Below are positions 51,394 to 59,859 of a stretch of 64,000 nucleotides of DNA, in pieces. The stretch is from a virus. Positions within the stretch are counted from its first letter, which is position 1. The number at the start of each line of letters is the position of its first letter. Where the stretch lies: positions 48,018 to 112,017 of IMG/VR virus record IMGVR_UViG_3300028800_000005; one strand, given 5' to 3'. The notes under the pieces were generated by a model that ran no database searches, had not been told where the DNA came from, and saw only the letters and a program-made list of their open reading frames with translations. Made by a program: the position numbers and the translations under genes.

Positions 51394-51692
51394 CCAGGTC
51401 CCAGCTCTCCGACGACATTGCCGTCAAGGTATCCGGGTTCGCTGGCTCATGGAAGTTCGTCGGCGCGTTCATGGGCGGGGCCGGTGCCTGGATGCTGGTG
51501 AACAGCTTCGCCCACTTCGACGGCCAGGACATATACCTGAACCTGATGATCTCGATAGCGACGACGCTACTGGCGACGTTCATCCTCATGAGGGAGAACC
51601 GGCACCGGCAGCACGACATCGAGGTCCGCAGGGAGCACATGGAGATGACCCGGCAGATAAAGATCCTGCTGGAAAGGGAGACTCATGGATAA
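51390..51692 (+). CDS. DUF1003-like membrane protein
   Basis: SDDIA..FAGSWKF, YLNLMIS...FILM..NR. Confidence 0.7.
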   Translation: MTRSQLSDDIAVKVSGFAGSWKFVGAFMGGAGAWMLVNSFAHFDGQDIYLNLMISIATTLLATFILMRENRHRQHDIEVRREHMEMTRQIKILLERETHG

Positions 51693-51828
51693 CCTTCAGG
51701 ACATGGCTGAGCGCGCGGTCGAGGCGCAGGCGCAGTTCGAGGCGCACTTTGACCACAAGCCGAAGATCGACACACGGACCCCGTCCCAGGTGAAGGACCA
51801 GGCCCGCCGGGAGAACTGGAAGTAAGTT

Positions 51829-51858
51829 TTGCCACGGGCAGTGTCTGGGCGGTACAAT
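51829..51858 (+). promoter_or_regulatory. promoter of the tRNA/ncRNA cluster
   Basis: TTGCCA-18 nt-TACAAT, 7 nt before the first tRNA-like element. Confidence 0.7.
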
Positions 51859-51865
51859 TCAATAT

Positions 51866-51931
51866 GGCGGTAGCAGGCGCTACGAGAGTCTCATAAGCTC
51901 ACAGGCCGTGGTTCAATTCCCGGTACCGTCA
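51866..51931 (+). tRNA. degenerate tRNA-Met(CAT)-like gene with truncated D region
   Basis: Acceptor GGCGGTA/TACCGTC, loop CTCATAA, T-loop TTCAATT with a bulged stem; only about 12 nt between the acceptor and anticodon stems. Confidence 0.5.
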
Positions 51932-51981
51932 CGAGGAGAGCGTATGGCCCCGAAACTCGGAACACCCGCTGCGTGATCCTA

Positions 51982-52070
51982 GGTCTGCTAGATACCTGCC
52001 CGGCGACGCGGGCAGGTACCCGGGCCGGCGAAAGCCGTTACCGCAGGAGTTCGAATCTCCCGGCAGACCG
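51982..52070 (+). ncRNA. tRNA-like RNA with no canonical D or anticodon arm (Ser-like)
   Basis: 8-bp acceptor GGTCTGCT/GGCAGACC, GGAG-TTCGAAT-CTCC T arm, 10-bp hairpin, GAAA-capped arm, discriminator G. Confidence 0.6.
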
Positions 52071-52073
52071 TAA

Positions 52074-52145
52074 TGGCTTGTAACTCAGCGGCAGAGTGGG
52101 TGCCTGTTAAGCACTAGGTCGCAGGTTCGAATCCTGCCAAGCCAG
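52074..52145 (+). tRNA. tRNA-Asn(GTT)
   Basis: Full cloverleaf: TGGCTTG/CAAGCCA, ACTC/GAGT, GGTGC-CTGTTAA-GCACT, GCAGG-TTCGAAT-CCTGC; CCA not encoded. Confidence 0.95.
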
Positions 52146-52354
52146 CCTGGCACTCCGCGTGGTGTTGCCTTTGGGGGCCCTACGGCAACAGGGCCCGACC
52201 ACGTGCTAAAAACCGTCCGTACCTGAGTGCGGGAGGGACGGGGGCCCTTCGGCGGACTTTCCTCCCCTTTCCCCGCCGGGGGGCCTTATACTTGGGGGGA
52301 CAGAGGCGGCAGAAGAATCGAGACTGTCGCCGCCCCTCCCGAAGAGGAACTTAA

Positions 52355-52720
52355 ATGACTGCTTACGCCGATTCCGTCACCGCTGTTTCCGCGCTGACGC
52401 CTGGCCAGCTTGTCCGCTCCGTGTCGACCCGTACCGGGTTCGTGCGCGTCTACGACCCCACGCTCGGCGGGACCGCGACCCGCAGCTCTGCGAACCTCCC
52501 GTCCGTCATCGCCGTGACTCCCAAGAGCCAGTACGACGACGCGGCCCCCTGGTACAGCCAGGGCACGCTGACGAACGGCGCTGACACCGGTACCGCGAAG
52601 GCCGGTGCGGTCTTTATCCAGCTCGCGCCTGCTGCGGCCGACGTCGCTAACGCCAGCTCGGTCCAGTCGTTCTGGGTCGACCCTAGCGCGGTCATCGTCA
52701 CCTCCGTTGGTAACGACTGA
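52355..52720 (+). CDS. Ala/Thr-rich hypothetical protein (possibly virion-associated)
   Basis: GAGGA SD, strongly biased codon usage. Confidence 0.6.
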   Translation: MTAYADSVTAVSALTPGQLVRSVSTRTGFVRVYDPTLGGTATRSSANLPSVIAVTPKSQYDDAAPWYSQGTLTNGADTGTAKAGAVFIQLAPAAADVANASSVQSFWVDPSAVIVTSVGND

Positions 52721-52735
52721 CCTTCATTTCGACAC

Positions 52736-52806
52736 AGTGGCTCCCCCCGTTGTAGGGTGATGTCACCGGGGAACCCCTGGTGAGACCCTGACGGGAGGGA
52801 GCCACT
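52736..52806 (+). other. long imperfect hairpin
   Basis: AGTGGCTCCC..CCCGT..AGGGT..TCACCGGGG / CCCCTGGTGA..ACCCT..ACGGG..GGGAGCCACT, followed by a T-rich tract. Confidence 0.6.
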
Positions 52807-53381
52807 TTGCATTTGTTCTTGCTGTTTCTGCTTAGTTTTGCGATCGGCCTGGCCGCCTTGCTGGCCTGTGGCGGAGTCGGTGTCCTTGTATACATCCTGG
52901 TACTGTGGGCAGCCTGCGGTAAAGATTTTGTCCGGAAGATAATCCATTATTACCGGGAGCGTTCGTGATCTGTCCATTTTGCCGCCGGGGCGGCGATTAC
53001 CTGAAGCACGCCGAGAGCAAGGCCGCTGACGCGTACCGCGATTACTTCCGCCGGACAGCGGAGACATGTCATGCCAAGTGCAAGGGTGGTACACACTGTG
53101 ACTGCCAGCACTGGACAGACGCGTCCGGCATTCAGGAGAAGTTCCAGAACAGTCTGCTTTCTACGGGGGAGAACATAAATGAAAACTGAGGACCGCTGGT
53201 CGGAATCCCACACGCGCCGGATTTCCTTCACGAAGGACGAGGTTGTCGCGGCCCTTGGCGTTACGCCTCCCGGTCCCGGGTACACTACTCACGTATTCAT
53301 GGAGTCTTACAATACGCGGCTCGACGACCAGGGCCCGGAGTTCGTCGTAACATTCAGCAAGCACTCATAGGGGGAGGGCCC

Positions 53382-54179
53382 GTGCACCCGGACCAGGCAG
53401 TGGACGCAATGCACCTGGCGTATGACAGGACAGAGCACAAGACAGTTCCGACGGGGTCAGTCGGCCTGGACTACATCCTTGGTGGCGGGTACCCGGTCGG
53501 CCGCTGTTCAGAGATCTACGGCGAGACCTTCACCGGTAAGACGACGCTGGCCCTGGAGGGGGTCCGCCAGATGCAGAAGCTCGGGACAGTGGCCTACATC
53601 GACCTGGCCGGGGACTTCAACCCGGACTACGCGGAGGCGATCGGCATCGACGTCGATGACCTCCTGGTGTTCCACACCCTGAGCTGGCTGTGCCGGTACG
53701 GGGTCGACGAGTGGGTGGACCTCTACGACTTCATAGTCGTGGACGGCCTCCAGACGAAATCTGACGCCCTCTACGTCGAACGGGCCCGCCAGACCGTCCT
53801 GGCCGTCTCCCAGGTCCGTACGGCGCTCTCCGACCCGTACAGGGGTACTACCGGCGGCTACCTGGAGCACGCGAGCGTCCGGGTCCGCATGAGCAAGCGC
53901 GGGGACCTGTACGCGGCTGACGTCTCCCGGAACACCTACGGGAACCCCGGGACGTCCCGGCGGTCCTGCCGGTTCCGTATCGGCCCGGACGGGATCGACC
54001 AGGCTGACGAGGTTTTCGGGCTAGCTGTCCAGACGGGCCTGATCGACACGGAGAGGGGACGGCACTACTTCCGGGGTGATTACCTCGGCCACGGGCGTGA
54101 GGCCGCTCTACGGGCCGTTCTGAGCCGTCCAGAGGGTATCTCGGACCTTGAGGCCGCGCTGGCGGACAAGCTCTGGTAG
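53382..54179 (+). CDS. degenerate RecA paralog
   Basis: PTGSVGLDYILGGGYPVGRCSEIYG...GKTTLAL, YA.AIGID, IVVD, SQVR, YLGHGRE. Confidence 0.8.
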   Translation: MHPDQAVDAMHLAYDRTEHKTVPTGSVGLDYILGGGYPVGRCSEIYGETFTGKTTLALEGVRQMQKLGTVAYIDLAGDFNPDYAEAIGIDVDDLLVFHTLSWLCRYGVDEWVDLYDFIVVDGLQTKSDALYVERARQTVLAVSQVRTALSDPYRGTTGGYLEHASVRVRMSKRGDLYAADVSRNTYGNPGTSRRSCRFRIGPDGIDQADEVFGLAVQTGLIDTERGRHYFRGDYLGHGREAALRAVLSRPEGISDLEAALADKLW

Positions 54180-54195
54180 CAGGAACCACCCTGGT

Positions 54196-54223
54196 TTGAC
54201 ACCTGGCCAGGGTGGTGTATCGT
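54196..54223 (+). promoter_or_regulatory. SigA-type promoter inside an inverted repeat
   Basis: TTGACA-16 nt-TATCGT; ACCACCCTGG/CCAGGGTGGT arms surround the -35. Confidence 0.6.
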
Positions 54224-54303
54224 AGCTAGTGAACGTTAAAACTAAATAAGGGGGACGGACCACCCGGCGCTCAGCGCTCAGGGGGCCTCGCAACCCCCAT
54301 CCA

Positions 54304-54382
54304 GGCAGGGAGCTGGCAGGTAGCCAGACCCACAGGGGCAGCGGACAGGACGCTGCTGGAGGTTCAATCCCTCCCCTTGCCA
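54304..54382 (+). ncRNA. tRNA-like RNA with aberrant anticodon region (Leu-like)
   Basis: Acceptor GGCAGGG/CCTTGCC + A; CTGGC-AGGTA-GCCAG; CCC-ACA-GGG; GCAGCG-GACAGGA-CGCTGC; GGAGG-TTCAATC-CCTCC. Confidence 0.6.
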
Positions 54383-54691
54383 CGCAGGTACCACTTCAGG
54401 GAGGAATCATGAAGCACACCTGGATGACCAAGAACGACACCAGCCCCGGCTTCTGGGACGGGCACCCCGACATCGGGAACGAGGTCGACGTGTGCGCGCG
54501 TGACGCGGATGACCCGCACAACGGGCCGAAGTGCAAGGACTGCGGATTTAACTTCTGCGAGCACTGCAGCCCGGAGTGCTGGGACGACGATAACTGCGGG
54601 AACGTGAAGGTCCCTGCGGACGGGCCCGCCATGACCGAAGACGAGTTCCGCGCGGTAACGGCGCTACTGCGGCCGGTCGGGTGGTAAACTT

Positions 54692-54744
54692 GGGGGGAGA
54701 GATTCGCCGGGATCGCTCACGAGTCCTTACGAGTCTCTCCCCCC
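54692..54744 (+). terminator. long hairpin, probable terminator
   Basis: GGGGGGAGAGATTCG ... CGAGTCTCTCCCCCC followed by TTT. Confidence 0.55.
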
Positions 54745-55200
54745 TTTCTAAGTGAGGCGAATATGGCGGAACCAGACCTGACCACGGTCTACGAGGTCGG
54801 ATGGCATTCGGGCTTTGGCGGGATGTCAAGCACGCACACGCTGAACCCGATCCAGTTCCGGCACCAGCTTCACGAGAAGTTCGGTCACCTGGACTACTTC
54901 GAGATCGCGGGCGCGGGCCGGTACACACCGGACAAGATGCCGGGTGACATCGACCAGTTGCCATCGAACACTAATCCTCCGGCGCAGAAGCCGCCGGGAG
55001 CGCGTCGCTGACGCAAACACAGGGGAGGAACCCAGATGATCATCCTTATCTCGACTGTCGTCCTGGCCGTCCTGTTCGCAGTCTTCGTCCTGGCCGCGAT
55101 GTTCGGTGCGTTCGACCACCTGCCTCACTAGTTTTGACCGAACGAGCATCGTCGATGGTATGCTCGGTCACATGAGCCCTAACCGAAAGAGGTATCCCGG

Positions 55201-56613
55201 GTGACCTACCGAACTCTTACCGAAGCCGCTGATGCGATCCCTGGGATACGGGCGGTACTGCTGTCCGGGTCAGGGCACCTGTCTGCGGCCCAGGAAATCA
55301 AGGATTCATTCGGGTACTCCACGTCCGAGAAGTCCGTCCGGCGCTGGCGCTCGGAAAGGCACCTGGAGATTGGGACGGAGCCGTTCGCGGACGATCCGGA
55401 ACTAGCCGAAGACATCGGGAACGGCATGGACCTCGGTGACGAGGAAAATGTTACCGTCCCTGGCTGGTCCGGTTTCCAGGAGGATGACCGGGCGGGGCTG
55501 CACTCTAAGCTGGACACGGCCCTGGCTGCCGTGAACGCGAACCCGGACGACGTCGCTGGTCTCCGTGTCTCCCAGTACCAGACGATTACCAAGGACAAGG
55601 CCGGGGACGCGCACGTCCACGATCTGTACGCGGTCAAGCTCCTGGTCCGTACTAAGGACGTAACGCCGGAGTGGCTCCTTATTCAGCCCGCTACCCCCAC
55701 CGTCGTGCACGCGGTTAAGAGCAGTGGCCACAAGCGCAGCGGGGAGCAGGTCGCGGTGATCCTCCCGGACCCGCAGATCGGTTACCGGTTCTTTATCGAT
55801 GACCAGACCTTTGACCCGTTCCACGACGAGGCCGCGATGAACGTAGCCCTCCAGGTCGTCCGTGACGTCTCCCCGGACATGGTTATCCACCTGGGGGACT
55901 TTCAGGACTTCCCGGCATTCAGCCGGTATGAGCAGGAGCAGGCTTTCGCCGCGACGACACAGCGGGGACTCGACCGGGGGCACCAGTTCCTGGCCGAAGT
56001 CAAGGCAGTGGCCCCGGATGCCCGGCAGGTCGTCATGGAGGGTAACCATGACAAACGCCTCCAGACAATGATCGTGAATAACGCCCTGGCGGCATTCGGA
56101 CTTAAGCGGGCCGGGAGCGTCGACAAGTGGCCCGTCCTGTCCCTGCCGTACCTGCTCAGGTTCGAGGAACTCGGCGTGGAGTACATCGAGGGGTACCCGG
56201 CCGGGCAGTTCTGGCTGAATGACCACCTCAGGATCATCCACGGGCTGAAGGTCCGAAGCTCGCAGAGTACCGCGTCGGCCGTCGTCCACGACGATGACGT
56301 GTCTACGATCTTCGGTCACATCCACCGCGTGGAGACCCAGTACCTCACAAGGCAGAACAGGAACGGTGCTAAGACACTTGTAGCACATTCCCCCGGCTGT
56401 CTATGCCGGATTGACGGGGCGGTCCCCTCAGTCAAGGGGAGCACCGATCTTACCGGCCGTCCGGTGGAGTCATTCGAGAACTGGCAGCAGGGGATGTCCA
56501 TCGTCCGGTTCGAGCCAGGGGACGGGTCCTTTGCGATCGAGTCCCTGTTTATTGACACGCGGAACGGCCACAAGGTAAGGTTCGGGGGGAAGGTGTACTC
56601 GCCGGATGTTTAG
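55201..56613 (+). CDS. calcineurin-like metallophosphoesterase with N-terminal HTH-like region
   Basis: LPDPQ, LGDFQD, EGNHD, IHG, FGHIHR. Confidence 0.85.
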   Translation: MTYRTLTEAADAIPGIRAVLLSGSGHLSAAQEIKDSFGYSTSEKSVRRWRSERHLEIGTEPFADDPELAEDIGNGMDLGDEENVTVPGWSGFQEDDRAGLHSKLDTALAAVNANPDDVAGLRVSQYQTITKDKAGDAHVHDLYAVKLLVRTKDVTPEWLLIQPATPTVVHAVKSSGHKRSGEQVAVILPDPQIGYRFFIDDQTFDPFHDEAAMNVALQVVRDVSPDMVIHLGDFQDFPAFSRYEQEQAFAATTQRGLDRGHQFLAEVKAVAPDARQVVMEGNHDKRLQTMIVNNALAAFGLKRAGSVDKWPVLSLPYLLRFEELGVEYIEGYPAGQFWLNDHLRIIHGLKVRSSQSTASAVVHDDDVSTIFGHIHRVETQYLTRQNRNGAKTLVAHSPGCLCRIDGAVPSVKGSTDLTGRPVESFENWQQGMSIVRFEPGDGSFAIESLFIDTRNGHKVRFGGKVYSPDV

Positions 56614-57862
56614 GCCGGAGTACTGGAACTACACCATAGAGACTATCTCGGGACCGGCAGTCGACCGGCTGCTGTGCGAGGAACTAACACAGGAGGCACG
56701 CGAGAATGAACTTCGAGACAAGGCTAGGCCTGTACGCCGGGGCCAACAAGCTCCCCGAGCAGAACGCGCACCGGAAGGTTCTGGGCAAGGACGGGCTAAC
56801 GGGGGCGCAGCGCCGTCGCCTGCTTAAGAAGGACCGGAGCCAGTTCGCGGCCGAGGTCGGGGCTGAGAGCGACAAGGGGACTAAGTGAGTACGGACGACG
56901 TCGAAGCCTTCACCAGGAACCCTTACCTGGCTGTAGCGAATAAGGGATCGGATCTCTTCCACGTGCAGTACTTTGGCCCGGGAGGGTACTACCACTACCA
57001 CCTGGAAGACGGTTACTGCACGGACAAACACTGCGCCACTTCCGTTCCCGAGGAGGTACTACGCGATGGTTATCGGTAACCTTCTCCCGGCGATCCTTAA
57101 GAGGACGCCCCGGAGGGCGCGTACGGTGTCCCTGAAGTTCGAGACCCCCGAGGCGTCCCAGCGGTTCGAGCAGTGGCTTCATGCCGAGGGGTTCCCCCTC
57201 TGGCAGGACTACGAGCCCTACGAGTAAACAGTCAACCGTGCTCGGCTCTCTGGTAATATTACAGTGAGCCGAGCTTTTCGTTTGACCTAATGTCCGGAGC
57301 AAAAATAAATGAGTGCCATACTGGCGTTTGCGGTCATCTTTCCGTGCATTGTGGTCATCGGAGGGGTTGTCCTCGCCCTGGTCCGTATCGATGTCCAGAG
57401 GTGGATTCTGAAGGAGGTCGTCTCACTGCTGAAGAATGATGACACTCCCGTCGCGGTATACGCGCACCAGAGCCGCGAGGAGGCGAAAGCCGCCCGGAAG
57501 GAAGCCGAGGCGGTCAAGGAAGCAGCCAGCGCGCTCCGGCAGGACGTAGCGGAGACGCACACGGACGTACGTCAGATTCGGGACCTTCTTATCCAGCATA
57601 TTTCCGACCGCGAAATCCACAAGGGGCTGTAATGGATAACGAGTACGCCGACGCGAAGACGGAGTGGTCGGACTGGAACGCTAATACCGCGTTCAACACC
57701 GGGCTGGCCAAGGCCAAGGGTACACCCGGTATACAGGCCAGGTCACGTAATGCCGAGTTCCAGACGGCAGCGAGCCGCCCGCACATGGAGCCGGGCCGGT
57801 TCACGGACCAGATGCTAGCGCGCGCCTGCCATGCAGGAAAGCAATACGCGGGGGTGTAGCCT

Positions 57863-58033
57863 GTGCCCTTTAAATCCGAAGCCCAGCGCAAGTTTCTTTA
57901 CGCTAACCAACCTGAAGTTGCCGAGCAGTGGTCCGAGGAAGACAAGAAGAAGCGCAAGGGCCGAAAGGACGAGCACAAGAAGCACCAGCGGGCCAAGCAC
58001 TTCGAGGAGGGCAGTGGCCGTGGCAGCGACTGA
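57863..58033 (+). CDS. small basic phage protein of the MPFKS.AQR type (not in ORF track)
   Basis: Manual translation from GTG: MPFKSEAQRKFLYANQPEVAEQWSEE... Confidence 0.65.
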   Translation: MPFKSEAQRKFLYANQPEVAEQWSEEDKKKRKGRKDEHKKHQRAKHFEEGSGRGSD

Positions 58034-58520
58034 TAACATGAATAAGGTTCAGTTCTACCACGGGAATGCGACCCCTCTGGAAGAGGGTGACGTAATCGAG
58101 CCGGGGCACCGGGCTAACTGGAGTAAAGACCTTACTAAGGACTCGAAGCACCAGTACGCGTTCGCGACGACGAACCTCACGGATGCCGTCCGTTACGCTG
58201 GCCGCGCGGAATACAAGCAGCAGAACCGGAATATGGACCGGGCCTACGAGGAGCATTTCCCCGGCGTCCCTCGCGGCGCGGTAACAATGGGGATGCGCAA
58301 GAAGGCCGGTCTCGAATCCGATGACGCCCTGACGGGAAACGTCTCAGGGCATATCTACAAGGTTGAGCCGGTCGACTCCTCCTCGGTCTCCGTCGACCCG
58401 GAGGACGAGAACAGGAAGCGCGGGAAGGACCCGGATGCTTTCCGGAGCAAGGCAGGCTGGCGGGTTACCGGTAAGGTCCCGTACCAGGAGGCGCGGAAGC
58501 AAGCGGGGTTCAAGTACTAA
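58020..58520 (+). CDS. Arr-like ADP-ribosyltransferase 4 (QF leader, internal insertion)
   Basis: GTG start after GAGGAGG; AATDNMNKVQFYHG..L.EGDVIEPG, YAFAT, IYKVEP...DPE, FRSKAGWRV. Confidence 0.75.
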   Translation: MAATDNMNKVQFYHGNATPLEEGDVIEPGHRANWSKDLTKDSKHQYAFATTNLTDAVRYAGRAEYKQQNRNMDRAYEEHFPGVPRGAVTMGMRKKAGLESDDALTGNVSGHIYKVEPVDSSSVSVDPEDENRKRGKDPDAFRSKAGWRVTGKVPYQEARKQAGFKY

Positions 58521-58849
58521 TGAGCGCGCGCGAGAACCTTAATCCCCAGCAGTTCTTTCACGGGACGCAGGAAGAGGTCAGCCCTGGCGACGTTATCAAG
58601 CCCGCCGTTGCGGCCGGTAAGGACATTAACTTCCCGGGACTGAGTTCCCCGGAGCACGCCTACGCCACCAAGAGCAAGCGCGATGCTAAGTTCTACGGAA
58701 GCCATGGGGGCAGCTACCCGGACACGAACGTCTACAAGGTGGCCCCCGTGAACCCGGCCGATGTTGAGCCGGACCCGAACGAGTACGCGGCTAACCCCCG
58801 CATGCACAAGGACTTCCGGTCTAAGTCCGGATTCAAGGTGGTGTCCTAA
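58520..58849 (+). CDS. Arr-like ADP-ribosyltransferase 5 (QF leader)
   Basis: MSARENLNPQQFFHGT...PGDVI.P, HAYAT, VYKVAP..EPDPN, FRSKSGFKV. Confidence 0.8.
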   Translation: MSARENLNPQQFFHGTQEEVSPGDVIKPAVAAGKDINFPGLSSPEHAYATKSKRDAKFYGSHGGSYPDTNVYKVAPVNPADVEPDPNEYAANPRMHKDFRSKSGFKVVS

Positions 58850-59157
58850 TGAGCGCTCAGGACCATCTCTCGCCCCACCAGTTCAAGCACCCGAAGCTTC
58901 GCGAGGTTGGCGGGGCACTCGCCATGACCGCCGTGCTTGGCGGGGGAGTAGTCGCCCACGTTCCGTTTGACTCGGACCACGCATTCCGAGGGGCGTACGG
59001 TGTCGCATACAAGAAGCCACCGGTCGGCCAGAGGAGTGACGAGCGTGATGCTTACACTACGGCGAGTAGCAAGATTCGCGGGCAAAAGGTGACGGCCGAG
59101 TGGAATTCGTCTAACGCGCAGCTCGGGCACACTGAGTCCCATCTGGACATCATGTAA
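58849..59157 (+). CDS. QF-leader protein with hydrophobic segment
   Basis: MSAQDHLSPHQF followed by VGGALAMTAVLGGGVVA. Confidence 0.6.
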   Translation: MSAQDHLSPHQFKHPKLREVGGALAMTAVLGGGVVAHVPFDSDHAFRGAYGVAYKKPPVGQRSDERDAYTTASSKIRGQKVTAEWNSSNAQLGHTESHLDIM

Positions 59158-59859
59158 TGCCGAACAGAGACTTTAATGAGCTTGTCGACGTCCTGCGGCC
59201 CCCTGCTCCGGAGATCCCCCGGGCCGAGCAGCTCGAACGGGAGCGGCTAGGGATCTTCTACAGCCATGAGCCAGGGACGGCCCTGCACGCCCCGGAGAAC
59301 CCCGCTCGCGAGTTCCAGCCCGACAACGGGCCAGTTGAGCCGATCCCGATGGGCCGGGCCGCTGTGTGCGTCCTGGACGAGCGCGGGGGGCATGTCCGTC
59401 TTGGGGAGAACTGCCCGCACTTCGAGGGCTACGACCGGGACACTGTGACCGAGGTAACACTCTAACTGGTTCCGCGAGGGCGGCCCACCGGGTAAGCTCA
59501 AGGTACAAGCCAACCGGAGGGGGACCCGATGCAAGCCGAACTTCTGACCTACAAGATCACCTGGTCCGACGCGCACGACGAGGCGCACATAGTGGTCCGC
59601 TTCGGTGCCGAGCTAGCGCGCCAGTACATCAACGCGGTGTTCAACACCCCCGGATGCACGCTTCTGCGAGTGGAGACCGCATGAGTACCAAGCCGGAGCT
59701 GTTCAGCTTCTACCAGTGGCCCCATACGCACATCGTCCACATCACCCACGCCAACCCCGATGGCACTGTGACCATACAGCGCGTCAGCGGGGTTACCGCG
59801 AACGGCGGCATATGGTTCGGGGTTCCCCAATCCAAGCTCACCAGGGTTAGGAGCACGGC

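Noticed and set aside
51944-51976. tmRNA tag-like mini ORF MAPKLGTPAA*
   Set aside because: It has an SD and ends in AA, but no tmRNA Ala acceptor ends or full architecture are visible. The evidence is too weak.
52146-52240. tRNA-associated HDV-like (theta) ribozyme
   Set aside because: TCCGCGT resembles the L3 loop, but P1, P2 and P3 cannot be built in the required order.
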